A stretch of DNA of 64,000 bases from Octopus sinensis (lineage: Eukaryota): NCBI RefSeq assembly GCF_006345805.1, contig NC_042998.1, positions 206,336,001-206,400,000 of the forward strand, written 5' to 3'. Shown one piece after another: positions 1 to 13,410 of this stretch. Made by a program: the position numbers and the translations under genes. Every line of letters starts with the position of its first letter. The first letter of the stretch is position 1. Below the pieces are notes generated by a model that ran no database searches, was not told where the DNA came from, and saw only the letters and a list, made by a program, of their open reading frames with translations.

Positions 1-850
1 GTATACGTATATCTACGACCACTTACACACACATACACATACACACACACACGTGTATACATGTATCCATAATGGTTTATGTATTAGCATGTCAACACAC
101 ATTCTTTACATTAGAAAGGACAAAGAAACAAGATACAAGACAGAAGCAGCCATTTCCATACCTTTTTATCCTCGAAGATGGAATTTCCATTTCAAATTAA
201 ATCCGGCTCTTTTACTTTTATGTTTTCTATATAACTGTGTGTTTGTGTGTGTGCGTGCGCGTGTGTGTGTGTGTTTCTAACAAGCTCTTGAAGAAAAGAA
301 AGGAACTGGCGTTTACAAGAAGAAAGACGGCCATGGAATACGGTAAATCTCAACTCAATTCTACCATCTTCTTATTTTTACTTTTGTTTCTGAATTTTTT
401 TTTTATACCGAATTTATTATTATTATTACTATTATTATGGCAGGAACACTTTTACTGAATTCACAAGTGCTTAAATAACATTTCAGCATCCTACAAGCTA
501 ATTTACCATTGATAATGAGTGAAAAGTTATGATGACGATGATGATGATAATAATATTCTGCCCTTTCAAACTGTATTTCCTCTGTTTTCGTTAGTGGAAT
601 CCACTTAATGAGTTGTCTAATTTCTACAAGTGGTCACAGAAGGAGGAAAAAAAATAAGAAGAAAAGAAAAGGAGAGAGCAAAAACATACCCCCAACTAAA
701 CTAGCCATTAATGACTTCTAATAAATAACTGACGAGGTTGAACCTAACGAAGGAGACAACAAACAACCGTAACAAGTGGTGAGCTGCTGTACTGGAGAAA
801 ACCTGGCCAATCAACGCAAACAGAAAAAAAACGGATGTGAAAACATGATG

Positions 851-1076
851 ACGTAGGCTGTGTGGTAAGTAGCTTGCTTACGAACCATATGGTTCCGGCT
901 TCAGTCCCACTGCGTAGTACCTTGGGCAACTGTCTTCTGCTATAGCCTCGGGCTGACCAAAGTCTTGTGAGTGGATCTGGTAGACGGAAACTGAAAGAAG
1001 CCCGTCATATATATATATGTGTGTATCATCATCATTATCATCGTATATTGTGTGTATATATATATATATATATGTG

Positions 1077-1113
<37 letters not shown>

Positions 1114-1306
1114 GTGTCTATGTTTGTCCCCACAACATCACTTGACAACCGATGCTGGTGTGTTTACGTCCCCATAACTTAGCGGCTTGGCAAAAGGGAC
1201 TGATAGAGTAACTACTAGGCTTACATAGAATAAGTCTTGGGGTCGATTTGCTGAACTAAAGGTGGTGCTCCAGCATGGCCTCAGTCAAATGACTGAAACC
1301 TGTAAA
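851..1306 (+). mobile_element. SINE family A (tRNA head, CORE-like TTGGGCAAGTGTCTT, internal microsatellite, AAAGAGT-type tail)
   Basis: GGCTGTGTGG A-box-like, GGTTCAGTCC-type B-box; recurs more than 20 times in the window. Confidence 0.85.
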
Positions 1307-1347
1307 ACAGTATGATGGAAATGGGAGTGGGGAAGCTATATACATAT

Positions 1348-1750
1348 ACTCTCTTTACTCTCTCTCTTTTACTTGTTTCAGTCATTTGACTGTGGCCATG
1401 CTGGAGCACCACCTTTAGTCGAGCAAATCGACCCCGGGACATATTCTTTTGTAAGCCCAGTACTTATTCTATCGGTCTCTTTTGCCAAACCGCTAAGTTA
1501 CGGGGACATAAACACACCAGCATCGGTTGTCAAGCAATGCTAGGGGGACACACACAAACACACACATACATATATATATATATACATATATACAACAGGC
1601 TTCTTTCAGTTTCCGTCTACCAAATCCACTCACACGGCATTGGTCGGCCCGGGGCTATAGCAGAAGACACTTGCCCAAGATGCCACGCAGTGGGACTGAA
1701 CCCGGAACCATGTGGTTGGTTAGCAAGCTACTTACCACACAGCCACTCCT
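1348..1750 (-). mobile_element. SINE family A
   Basis: Full-length reverse copy, tail-to-tail with 851-1306. Confidence 0.88.
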
Positions 1751-1790
1751 CTGTCTTTAATATTCTATTCTTTTTCCTTTTTTTTATTCT

Positions 1791-2126
1791 TTATACTTGT
1801 TTCAGCCATTTGACTGTAGCCATGCTGGAGCACTGCTTTTAATCGAACAAATCGACCCCCCCCCAGGACTTACTCTTTGTTAGCCTAGTACTTATTCTAT
1901 CGGTTTCTTTTGTCGAACTGCTAAGTTACAGAGACGTAAACATGCCAACATCAGTTGTCAAGCGATGGTGGGGGAGGGACAAACATAGACACACAAATAC
2001 ACACTCACATGACAAGCTTCTTTCAGTTTCCACCTAACAAATCCACTTGCCCAGGGTGCCGCACAGTGGGACTGAACCCGGTGCCATGCGGTTGGGAAGC
2101 AAGCATCTTACCACACAGCCACTCCT
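1791..2126 (-). mobile_element. SINE family A (internally deleted)
   Basis: Similarity to other family A copies. Confidence 0.8.
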
Positions 2127-2739
2127 GTACCTATATTCTAACTTTCTACCTTTTATTTTTATTACAAGCATTGAGCTGGCAGAATTGTTACTGTGCTGGA
2201 CAAAAAAGTTTAGCAGCATTTCTTCCAGCTTTTTCCATTTGTGTGTCATGGGTGCAACATCATTGTTTAATATCCATTTCCCATGCTGGCAAGGCCAGGA
2301 GCTGCGCCACATTCGGATTGTCTGTTTTGGCTTGGTTTCTATAGCGGATGCCCTTTTTAATGTCAGCCACTGTCCAGAGTGTACTGAATGCTTTTTCTGT
2401 GGAACCTGCCCCGGGTATTTATATGTGCCACCAGCACCAGTGCTCTTTATGTGCCACCAGCACTGGTGCTTTTTCTGTGGCGCCACCACCAGTGCTGGTT
2501 AGTGTTTCCTTGCCTTTTCATCATGTGCCACTGTTATACAAATGGTGTCATTTGTTTCAAATCTCACCTGAAAATATTTCTGACCGTGTTGAAATATTAC
2601 CTTGGAAACAGGTGAAGTTTAGCAACAGGAAAAGCATCAGGCTATAGAAAATTCTGCCTCAATTCCATCCAACCCATGCAAGCATGGAAAAGTGGACATT
2701 AAAATGATGTATGTCTTTTAAACAAGGAAACATAGTTAT

Positions 2740-2955
2740 TCATCATCATCATCATCATCGTTTAGCGTCTGCTTTCCATGCTGGCATGGGTTGGACGGTT
2801 CAACTGGGGTCTGGGAAGCCAGAAGGCTGCACAAGGCCCAGTTTGATCTGGCAATGTTTCTACAGCTGGATGCCCTTCCTAACGCCAACCACTCCATGAG
2901 TGTAGTGGGTGCTTTTTACGTGCCACCGGCACAGGTGCCAGACGAGTCTGGCAAA
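2740..2955 (-). mobile_element. Retroposon family B (constant tail of about 190 bp ending CCATGCTAGCATGGAAA..TTAAACGATGATGAT)
   Basis: Shared tail with (GAT)n end; recurs about 30 times in the window. Confidence 0.82.
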
Positions 2956-5029
2956 CGTATTGTGTGTGTATATAGTAAGAATTTACAAAAAAAACACAAA
3001 AGACGAAGATGGGTGTGTAAACAACAAACAGATGTATTAGTTTCACACTCGGGAGGTGAGAAAGTCTTTTATGTTTCGAGCCTAGGCTCTTCGACAGAAA
3101 GGAACACAGAAATAAACAGGGAGAGAAAAATAGAAAAAGTTTTAGTGGTTAGTGATCTATCATAACGAATCATGCATATGTATGTGTGTTAAACAACAAC
3201 CACTAAGATAGACAGGTATAGTAAGAAGATTACCTTTCAATGACCTTTGACATACGCATCCTTGGTTTTTCTAGAGAGGCTGTCAGATTGTTTACCTGAA
3301 ATGAGAAAACAATAGAAATATGTATATTGGAGGTTTCCTTCTATGTCATTCTTTGTTTTTTTTTTCTCTCTCTCCCTCCCCTTTAAAGCATTGGTTATCA
3401 ACCAGGGTCCAAGTAAGATTCTTGGGGGTTCATGCAAGCAAAGCAGTAAATTAGGGCTTCACAAGTACTTTGAGGGCCCATGAGAAAATTTTGCCTTAAA
3501 TATATATTCATTGCAAGAAACAGGTTTTTTTCTCTAACATTTTACATAGTTCACATTTTACAGATACAAGTTCCATGCTGGCATGGGTTGGGTCGTTTGA
3601 CTGAGGACTGGCAAGCCAGATGTCTGCACCAGGCTCCAATCTGATTTGGCAAAGTTTCAACAGCTGGATGTCCTTCCTAACGCCAACCACTCCGATAGTG
3701 TAATGGGTGCTTTTTATGTGCCACCAGCACGAGGGCCAGTCAGGCTATCCTGGCAATGACCACGCTCAAAAGGTGTTTGATGTGCCACCTGCACGGGAGC
3801 CAGTCTGGCAGCACTGGCAATGACCATGCTCAAATGTTGTTTTTCAAGAGCCGGTAAGGCGGAGTAACAAAATAGTAATTTTGAAAGAGGTTTTCCTACG
3901 GCGGTTTTCGGTTTATTCTACCTTAAGCTTTCTTATATTATTTTATTTGTCTTTTCTCTGAGTAAGGGAGAATATAATGATTCAACGTCACTTATACTCA
4001 AGTGTTATCATTATACCTAAAAACCCTAACTACAGTTATAACATCATATAGACATGGAACGCTATATTGACATGTATGTTGAATATTTTAATCGTGTCCT
4101 TTAAACCGCTATAAGAAACATAAATCAAAGATTACAGAAATACATATTTATTTATGCTCAGTTGAAAAACAAACGTGAAGAGAAATATATTCCTTTTAAT
4201 TATTTTTTATTATATAATTATAACATTTTATATTATTTACAGTAAGAAAGATAACTTTGTCGTGAAGAAAAACAACTATAAATTCCTTAGCTAATTTCTT
4301 CTTTCTATCTAATACATTAACCAACAAATCAAAATAGATTTGCGATTAACTTAGACATGGCATAAAAATTACCGATGTCTCCAAAAGAGTGAGTGACGTG
4401 GAGTTCCGTGACACCAACGAACACTGAAATATTTTCCAAAATCCAGAGTTTTTATAACTGCTCACTTGACTTGAAAAGAATCGAAATCCCTGACATATTC
4501 TTTTCGAAACTTCTAGAATCTTTATATGAGCAGTTATATTAACCAATGGAAAAAAAAACGAAAATGATAATTCTTCGGCAATACGACATTACGTCATATT
4601 GCCAATTCGTGCCACATTTCAAAATGGCTAAAATGGTTATTGCTACAGAGGTATCTATAAAACTCATTTTAAAACCTTGACCGACAACAGGGGTCCACTG
4701 GAATGAAACAGTAACTGAAGGAGACCACCAGAACGAAACACTAAGCGAAGGGGTCCATAATTAATAAATAATCGAGAACCATGGATTTGAAATTGTTCTA
4801 AATTTATTTCTGTTTTTACCACAAGGTCACAAAATTGAAGGAAGGGTGAGGCGTAGTTGACACAATCTTGAATGGTATTTAATTGTGCCCCAGGATATGT
4901 GGAAATGAAAGACGTAGTCAAACTTGGTGAGATTTGAACTTGGAAGTGAGAGAGATGTAAACAAATACTTAATCAAGTATATTTTATGGCTTAACCATGA
5001 TCTTTACAAGACTTTAGAGATTTTGGTGC

Positions 5030-5460
5030 AAATGGAAATCGATGAACATCAAATAGAATTTGTAGTTTTGTGGTACCAGTGCCAGTGGCACATAAGAAAA
5101 CCATCTGAACGTGGCCGTAGCCAGTACCGCATTGACTGGCGTCCGTGCTGGTGGCACGTAACAAACACCATCCGATCGTGGCCATGCCAGCCTCGCCTGG
5201 CCTCCGTGCTGGTGGCATGTAAAAAACACCATCCGAGCATGGCCGTTTGCCAGCCTCGTCTGGCACCTGTGTCGGTGGCACATAAAAAGCACCCACTACA
5301 CTCACGGAGTGGTTGACGTTAGGAAGGGCATCCAGCTGTAGAAACACTGCCAGATCTGACTGGCCTGGTGCAGCCTTCGGGCTTCCCAGACCCCAGTTGA
5401 ACCGTCCAACCCATGCTAGCATGGAAAGCGGGCGTTAAACGATGATGATGATGATGATGA
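5030..5460 (+). mobile_element. Retroposon family B with internal 65-67 bp modules
   Basis: Repeated GTGGCAC.TAAAAAGCACC modules followed by the constant tail. Confidence 0.85.
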
Positions 5461-6077
5461 AACCCTGGTCTGAATGGACTACACTGAGTTATATATACAG
5501 TGAGAGACAGACAACTAGACACACAGACAGAAAAGATGAGTGAATAGTTAAATAGAGCCATAGATGGAAGGGATAGGTAGATAGATAAAGAAGTGGGACT
5601 GAACCCGGAACCATGTGGTTGGTAAGCAAGCTACTTACCACTCAGCCACTCAATTTTTTTTTTTTATGTAATGCAAAAAAAAAAGATCACTTTTTCTCAC
5701 AAAATGGCAAACTTTGAAAGACAACAGAAGCTAACTAAAGATGCTGGACCGCTAGAGAACATGGGATGACTGATGAGGTAAAGGAGGAAGGGAGAGACAG
5801 GGAGAAAACACTACATGGACTGGTAGCATGATGGGTAGATGGGTAGTTATGTAGATGGACTGACAGAGAGACAGACAGATTTTCCCTCAGGGAACTGGTT
5901 TAACTGCAGCTTGAGCTAGCAAGCTTACCCTGGGATTGAACACACAGCTGCATGATTAAGAAGGGAGCTTGTAAAACACACAGCCATGCATGCTGTTGTT
6001 TTTAACTTTTCATTTTCCTTTAATTTGTTAATACGGTAAAGGCATAATGAAATGCACTCTCCCACCACTGCCACTAC

Positions 6078-6110
<33 letters not shown>

Positions 6111-6856
6111 TGTAATCCTACTGAGGTCAGCTTCACCTTTCAGCAAATTGTCAAGTCCTGGGTCAATATCATCTGCAAATTGTGTAACTGTTTATTTATG
6201 TCTTGGGAGGAAAAGCAGTGCCTCCCCACCACACAGCTCACATTACAGAGCCTCTCACTCAGATCATGGGGGGGGTAGAGTTGGGGGGGGGTACGAACTG
6301 GAACCTATGCTAGGAATTATTAAAAAGGCAGCAAATAATGTTTTCGGTTACTCTAACCCCCACCCCCTCCCCCTGGGGGGTCAGCCGTAATGTTTGGTTT
6401 AGTTTCCTTTCTGATTGAATGGAATTACATAAACAGCATGAAACAGCTTTGGAACATCCGACAAACACAAACACACAGCCACAAAAACCGTTGGCAATCT
6501 GCAGCGTTTTAATAACTTCAGGCTGATCAATCGAGAGGGGACTGATTTAATACCCACAGCAAATCACAACTCTGTGTGTGTGTGTGTGTGTGTTGTATGT
6601 ACATGTGCATATTGGATGTGTGTTTGTGTGTGTTGAATGTGTGCTTGTTGGGTGAGGAGCAGATTATGGCTATAATGTCGTTGTGATCATTTTGTTTATA
6701 GATTCATAAGTTGGTGGAGAGCAAAGGCAGGGGTGGATTTAGAAAATCACATTCAATTTCTTGTTTTAAATTGTAATAAATTTTTCATGCCCCCCCCCCC
6801 ACCATCATTTAAAAAAAAAAAATCTTTCGTTCTGCTTTATTACTCTCTTTTTGCTT

Positions 6857-7244
6857 TTTTACTTGTTTCGGTCATTTGACTGCGGCCATGCTGGAGCACT
6901 GCCTTTTAGTCGAGCAACTCGACCCCCCGGGACTTATTCTTTTTGTAAGCCCAGTACTTATTCTATCGGTCGCTTTTGCCGAACCGCTAAGTAACGGGGA
7001 CGTAAACACACCAGCATCGGTTGTCAAGCAATGCTAGGGGGACAAACACAGACACACAAACGCATATATATATATATATATATATATACGACGGGCTTCT
7101 TTCAGTTTCCATCTACCAAATCCACTCACAAGGCTTTGGTCGGCCCAACGCTCTAGTAGAAGACACTTGCCCAAGATGCCACGCAGTGGGACTGAACCCG
7201 GAACCATGTGGTTGGTAAACAAGCTACTTACCACACAGCCACTC
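6857..7244 (-). mobile_element. SINE family A
   Basis: Near full-length copy. Confidence 0.88.
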
Positions 7245-7603
7245 AATTTTTTTTTTTTATGTAATGCAAAAAAAAAAAGATCACTTTTTCTCACAAAATG
7301 GCAAACTTTGAAAGATGAGAGAAGCTAACTAAAGATGCTGGACTGCTAGAGAACATGGGATGAGTGATGAGGTAAAGGAGGAAGAAAGCCGCGTGACTAG
7401 GTTAATTGACAGCCACAAGAACAATGGTGGACATTAAACAGAAAATCTTTTAATGAGATAATGGCAAATATCAATTAGTTGTGATGATATTTTAATGTTT
7501 TTGTCTTAAATCGAAACGGGTCCTGCCAGGTTGAAGCTGCAGCAGACAAAGGACTACAGATCTTGAATAAAGATGAGAGACAATCTACATTGACAAGAAA
7601 ATC

Positions 7604-7980
7604 ATCATCATCATAATCGTTTAACGTCCGCTTTCCATGCAAGCATGGGTTGGCCGGTTCAACTGGGGTCTGGGAAGCCTGAAGGCTGCACCAGGCTCCA
7701 GTCAGATCTGGCAGTGTTTCTACAGCTGGATGCCCTTCCTAACGCCAACCACTCCGTGAGTGTAGTGGGTGCTTTTTATGTGCCACCGACACAGGTGCCA
7801 GACGAGGCTGGCAGACACCCGCGCTCGGATGGTGTTTTTTCATGTGCCACGGACACAGGTGCCAGACAAGGTTGGCGAACGGCCACACTCGGATGGTGTT
7901 TGTTACGTGCCACTGGCACGGAGGCCAGGTGAGGCTGGCATGGCCACGATCGGATGGTGTTTGTTACATGCCCACATCAC
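7604..7980 (-). mobile_element. Retroposon family B (same subfamily as 5030-5460)
   Basis: Shares diagnostic CTGGCACCTGTGTCGGTGGCAC and GTAACAAACACCATCCGATCG. Confidence 0.85.
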
Positions 7981-8048
7981 GGAAAGAGCTACCAATTTTC
8001 ACAGAGACAGTCTTCTTGAAATTCTTCTTATTATTATTATTATTATGA

Positions 8049-8259
8049 AGTGGTGAGCTGGCAGAAGCGTTAGCATGCTGGGAGAAATGCTTAACGGTAT
8101 TTCTTCTGTCTTTACATCCTGAATTCAAATTCTGCCGAGGTCGACTTTGCCTTTCATCCGTTCAGGGTCAATAAATTAAATACCAGTTGCGTACCAGGGG
8201 TTGATGTAATCAACTTATCCCTCCCCCATATTTCAGGCCTTGTGCCTATAGTATAAAGG

Positions 8260-8262
<3 letters not shown>
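8049..8262 (+). mobile_element. SINE family C variant (Meta-domain-like core)
   Basis: GGTGAGCTGGCAGAA head; GAGGTCGACTTTGCCTTTCATCC...AGTACCAG core. Confidence 0.8.
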
Positions 8263-8296
<34 letters not shown>

Positions 8297-8432
8297 CTTT
8301 TTTGTTTTGCTATCTCGATAAAACTTCTTCATTTCTATCTTGAGATAAATAATAGGCTTGGAATTGCTTTTTAAGGACAAAAGACTTTAAATTTTTGATT
8401 GGGAGTTGACTCTCTACTTACATGTGTATATA

Positions 8433-8808
8433 TACTCTTTACTCTTTTCAGTCATTTGACTGCAGCCATGCTGGAGCACCGCCTTTAATCGAGCAACTCG
8501 ACCCCAGGACTTATTCTTTGTAAGCCCAGTACTTATTCTATCGGTCTCTTTTTGCCGAACCGCTAAGTGACGGGGACATAAACACACTAGCATCGGTTGT
8601 CAAGCAATGCTAGGGGGACAAACACAGACACACACATATACATATATATGACAGGCTTCTTTCAGTTTCCGTCTACCAAATCCACTCACAAGGCATTGGT
8701 CGGCCCGGGGCTATAGTAGAAGACACTTGCCCAAGATGCCACGCAGTGGGACTGAACCCGGAACCATGTGGTTGGTAAGCAAGCTACTTACCACACAGCC
8801 ACTCCTGC
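8433..8808 (-). mobile_element. SINE family A
   Basis: Near full-length copy. Confidence 0.88.
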
Positions 8809-9182
8809 ATAGACATTTTTCTAAACCATGACCCTGAAGTGACTTTACATATAAGGGAACTGTGATTATGTATATCAGAAAAAATATATAAAAGTCAAAA
8901 CAATTTGTTGGCCTTTCATAGTTTTTTTTATATTGTGTTATGTTATATTATTATATTCATAGTATTTAGTGTAATATTGTAATATAAGTAAATTATTGGA
9001 TTGTCAATAGAATATCTCTATATTTAATTTATCACACACACACACACATATGTAGATGGCCCTGCCCAATCTGAAGGAAAGGTGTAGGTAGAAACTCTTG
9101 TTGAATAAGAATAAAGAATAATAAAGTTGTACTCTACAAAAATATAGAGTAACTCATCAGGATTAATGTAAAACTGTTTTTA

Positions 9183-9578
9183 TCTTTATATATAAAAGTG
9201 AGGTTGTGTGAGAGTCTGTCTCCTACGATTTAGATTCCTAACTACTCCCACATTTTGCGGTGCAGTTTAACCAAAAGCGGGTATCTCATAGTCGTGATTC
9301 ATATCGAGCCCTTCTTGGTATTAGCGCGCGTCTACGATGTGTCTACGATTAAAAAAACAATTTACCATCAATTTTTCCCATTTTTAATGCATTTTTGGCA
9401 TATATAAGGGAAGTAACTCTCTAAAAATTTATTATTAAATCTCAGAACGTAAAAAGCTACAGTAACACACCCCTTTGTGGTTAGCCATATTGAGATGGCT
9501 ATTATACTTTACATCTCTAAAAATGCTTATATAGTTATTTCCCTTACAAACCCGAGCAACACCGGGCGATGCTGCTAG
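9183..9578 (+). mobile_element. Non-autonomous Helitron-like element (396 bp)
   Basis: Inserted between A and T with no TSD; starts TC (TCTTTATATATAAAAG), ends CTAG; subterminal hairpin CCCG-AGCAACAC-CGGG at 9551-9566. Confidence 0.78.
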
Positions 9579-9667
9579 TATATTTATAAAAACTGTTTTT
9601 ATTATTATTATTATTATTTATATTTGTTTTTGTATTTGGTTTGAAAGGTTCTTTAAGTGAATTCGTG

Positions 9668-9953
9668 TGTCTCTGAGGAGAGTCATTCTCTTTTAGTGCC
9701 TTACTAAGTTAATACTCTCACCAGTCCGATTTCCACTCATTCACTTATTTTTTTTTTTTTACTAAAATTTTCATTGCATCTTATAAAGAATGAACGCAGT
9801 TCTGATAACAGACGGAGTCAATGACTATTGGAAAAGGTGCAAGATGCAATGAAAATTTTAGTAAAAATAAATAATTAAATAAACGAGTGGAAATCAGACT
9901 GGTGAGTGTGTTAAAGTAATAAGGCACTAAAAGGGAATGGCTCTCCCCAGACA
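9668..9953. repeat. Long imperfect inverted repeat (arms 9668-9782 and 9841-9953)
   Basis: Arms are reverse complements, e.g. TAAAATTTTCATTGCATCTT / AAGATGCAATGAAAATTTTA; a related single copy lies at about 26240-26370. Confidence 0.85.
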
Positions 9954-10261
9954 CAATGAAATATGTTTTTATTATAACTAAATATAAAAACAAATGCTAA
10001 TATAGAGTGTGTGTGTGTGGGTGGGGTGGGGGGCAGGAGTAAAATTCCAGCCATTAGATTGATCATCATAATGTTTGAACATCCACTTTTCCATGCTTGC
10101 GTGAGTCAGGTGGAATTTGTTGTGGCAGATTTTCTACTCCTGGATGCTTGCTTCCTATTGTCAACCCTCATCCATTTTCATAGCAAAATAATGTTTTCTC
10201 CTTGCCAGACAGGTTTTCACAGACGCGGCTGATACCAATGTCATATGACCAGCCCTTTTAA

Positions 10262-10840
10262 AAGTACCCTTGTATCATCAAGCGATACGCTGCACTTGAG
10301 AAGACCTAAGTAAAATCAAAATGGAAATCGTAGTTGTGGTTGATGCCAGTGCTGCCCGACTGGCTCCCTGTGCCAGTGGCACGTAAAAAGCACCATCCGA
10401 ACATGGCTGATGCCAGTACCCCATGACTGGCTCCTGTGCCAGTGCCACCTGACTGGGTCCTGTGTCAGTGACATATAAAAGGCACCATCTGAACATGGTT
10501 GATGCCAGTGTCACCTGACTGGCTCTTGTGTCAGTGGCACATAAAAGGCACCATCTGAATGTGGTTGATGCCAGCACCACCTGATTGGCTCCCATGCCAG
10601 TGGCATGTCAAAACCATCATCTGAACATGGCCGATGCCAGTGTCACCTGACTGGCCCTCGTGCTGGTGGCACATAAAAAGCATTCACTACACTCTAGGAA
10701 AGGTTGATGTTATGAAGGGCATCAAGCTTTAGAAACACTGCCTGATCAGATTGGAGCCTGGTGCAGCCTTCTGGCTTGCCAGTCCCCAGTCAAACCGTCC
10801 AACCCATGCCAGCACGGAAAGCAGACATTAAATGATGATG
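10262..10840 (+). mobile_element. Retroposon family B with about 5 internal modules
   Basis: Tandem GCACCATCTGAACATGG..GATGCCAG modules followed by the constant tail. Confidence 0.85.
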
Positions 10841-11739
10841 CGGATAATTGGGAACACCGCACATCACTTGGATGACAGCAACACTCATTTACTACTATTG
10901 CTTGGTGTCGGAGGCACTAACAGAAACCAAAGCACACATATATACATTCAGTTGGCCCTTGAGGCATTTTTGCAATTTTACAGTTGAATAAGAATTGTGT
11001 GTGAGAGAGAGAGAGAGGTGATTATAATGTTTCCCCAAGGAAGTCTTTCATATTCATTTAATTCAAACATTATAAAAATTAATGGCCCCCAATTTATACA
11101 GCACATAATAACCTGAACATTATTTTGAAATATAAACAACTTTAAATATGATACATTTAAAGGATAAATTATTTTCCCACCTTCTATTGCTGCATACTAA
11201 GTTTTTGAAAATACTATTTATAAATAGAGAATATGAACAACTTGAGTCATAACAATATACTGTTTTGAATTTGACATCTGAGAAAGAAGAAGAAGGAGAA
11301 GAAGGAGAGATGACTAAAGAGATTAAGAGGAAAAAATAGTTTGATATCACAAACTGATGTGTCTCTATGTGTCACTAACACTTCAACTCTACTTGCATTC
11401 CATTGCAACTATCAGCTTTTCAACATCTCGTTTTTGAATCCTTACTTTTATTCCAAATTGACCTTGGATTTAGATTTTGTTTTTTTTTTCCATAAATTAT
11501 TTTCCGGGATGATTTGGGAGTCGTGTACAGCTTGGAGAAAATTTGTCAGGCAATAACTATGCTGCTTTGTATATATTTGTGTATGTGTGTGTGCCTATGC
11601 TTGTCCCCGTAACTTAGCGGTTCAGCAAAAGAGACCAATAGAATAAGTACTAGGCTCACAAAGAATAAGTCCTGGGGGGGGGGGTCAGTTTGTTCGACTA
11701 AAGGCGATGTTCCAGCATGGCCACATGTATATACAATGG

Positions 11740-12075
11740 AAACTGTAGTTAAGACACCCGTGCCGGTGACACATAAAAAGCACCGTCTGAACGTGGCAGA
11801 TGCCAGCGCCACCTGACTGGCGTCTGTGTTGGTGACATGTAAAAACACCACCCGATCGTGGCCGTTTGCCAGCCTCCTCTGGCCCTGTGACAGTGGCATG
11901 TAAAAAAGCATCCACTACACTCACAGAGTGGTTGGCATTAGGAAGGGCATCCAGGTGTAGAAACACTGCCAAATCAGACTGGAGCCTGGTGCAGCCCTCC
12001 ATGGCTTACCAGACCCTGGTCGAACTGTCCAACCCATGCTAGCATGGAAAACGGACGTTAAATGATGATGATGAT
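11740..12075 (+). mobile_element. Retroposon family B
   Basis: Modules and constant tail. Confidence 0.85.
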
Positions 12076-12082
12076 ATATACA

Positions 12083-12126
<44 letters not shown>

Positions 12127-12505
12127 CATACCTGCACACATATGCACAGGCATGGCTATACAGTACGAAGTTTACCTCTCAACCAGGTGATTTGAAGTTT
12201 CCCATTTTGCTACACCTTGAGAGAATGTCTTTTACCATTGCTCTGGGCCAACCCAAGCCTTGTGAGTGAATTTGGTGGAGAGAAACTAAGAAGATGTATC
12301 TCTTTGTTTTAACATTCACTTTTCCATTCACATGGTTCAGATTTTCGAAGGCCAGGTGTCTTTGCTGTAGCCGGACCCTCACCTGTTTTCAAGTTAGATA
12401 ATATTTCCTTAAAAAGACTGACCACAAAGGACACTGCTTGTTAGTTGGTGACACTCATTTCTGACTATTGTGTACACCTGAGCTTGTGATACATAAAAAG
12501 CACTA

Positions 12506-12905
12506 CTGACCTCACCTTCGCTTGTGCCACTTAAAAAGCACTAAGTCCACTCTGCTGAGTTGTTGGCATTTGGAAGGGCACCCAGCTGTAAAAGCCTCGC
12601 CAAAACTGACCTCACCTGTGCTTGTGCCACCTAAAAAGCACTAAGTCCACTCTGCTGAGTGGTTGGTGTTAGGAAGGACATCCAGCTGCAAAGGCCTTGC
12701 CAAAACTGACCTCACCTGTGCTTGTGCCACCTAAAAAGCACTAAGTCCACTCTGCTGAGTGGTTGGTGTTAGGAAGGACATCCAGCTGCAAAGGCCTTGC
12801 CAAAACTGACCTCACCTGTGCTTGTGCCACCTAAAAAGCACTAAGTCCACTCTGCTGAGTGGTTGATGTTAGGAATGGCATGCAGCTGTAAAAATCCTGC
12901 CAAAA
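12506..12905 (+). repeat. 4 x 100-bp tandem repeat inside a family B variant (element about 12440-13003)
   Basis: CTGACCTCACC at 12506, 12606, 12706 and 12806. Confidence 0.93.
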
Positions 12906-13410
12906 CAGTCACAGAAGTCTGGTGCAGGCTTCTGCCTGGCTGGCTCTTGTGAAACCATCCCACCCATGCCAGCATGGAAGGCAGACGTTAGACGATGATG
13001 ATGACAAGGAGATGCATACATACTTTTTCTCTCTTCTACAACAGTTTTGCCATTCAGTAGTAATCCTTCGTTGATTCTAATTTCACTAAGAAAGGCATGA
13101 ACACTACAACATCTTTTTTCCTCATTGTCTCAAATAGAAAATACCAGTCATGTATTGGGTTAGATTTGACTGATACAACTGTCCCCCAGGTTTCTTCAAG
13201 CAAGATGTGACAGCTAAACATCCCAAACAAATCTTAGTGTTGCTTGTACTTTAAGGGTGAATAAATCCCAATGGTTACTGTGTTATGAGGGGCAGGTGAC
13301 CCTAATTAGCATTAGTTTTGAACGATAATGATGGAACATGGTGATGTCCTGTAGGCAAAGGAATAGGTGATGTGTTATTGACACGTCAACATTGCAAGAA
13401 AATACAAAGT

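Noticed and set aside
5925-6200. Possible minus-strand micro-exons (DDIDPGLDNLLK; SLLNHAAVCSIPG followed by GTAAGC)
   Set aside because: Splice-like signals exist, but the peptides are too short to recognise and flank an (ATG)n microsatellite; needs RNA-seq.
6268-6380. G-rich and C-rich runs (possible G-quadruplex)
   Set aside because: Homopolymer runs are common in this window and nothing indicates function.
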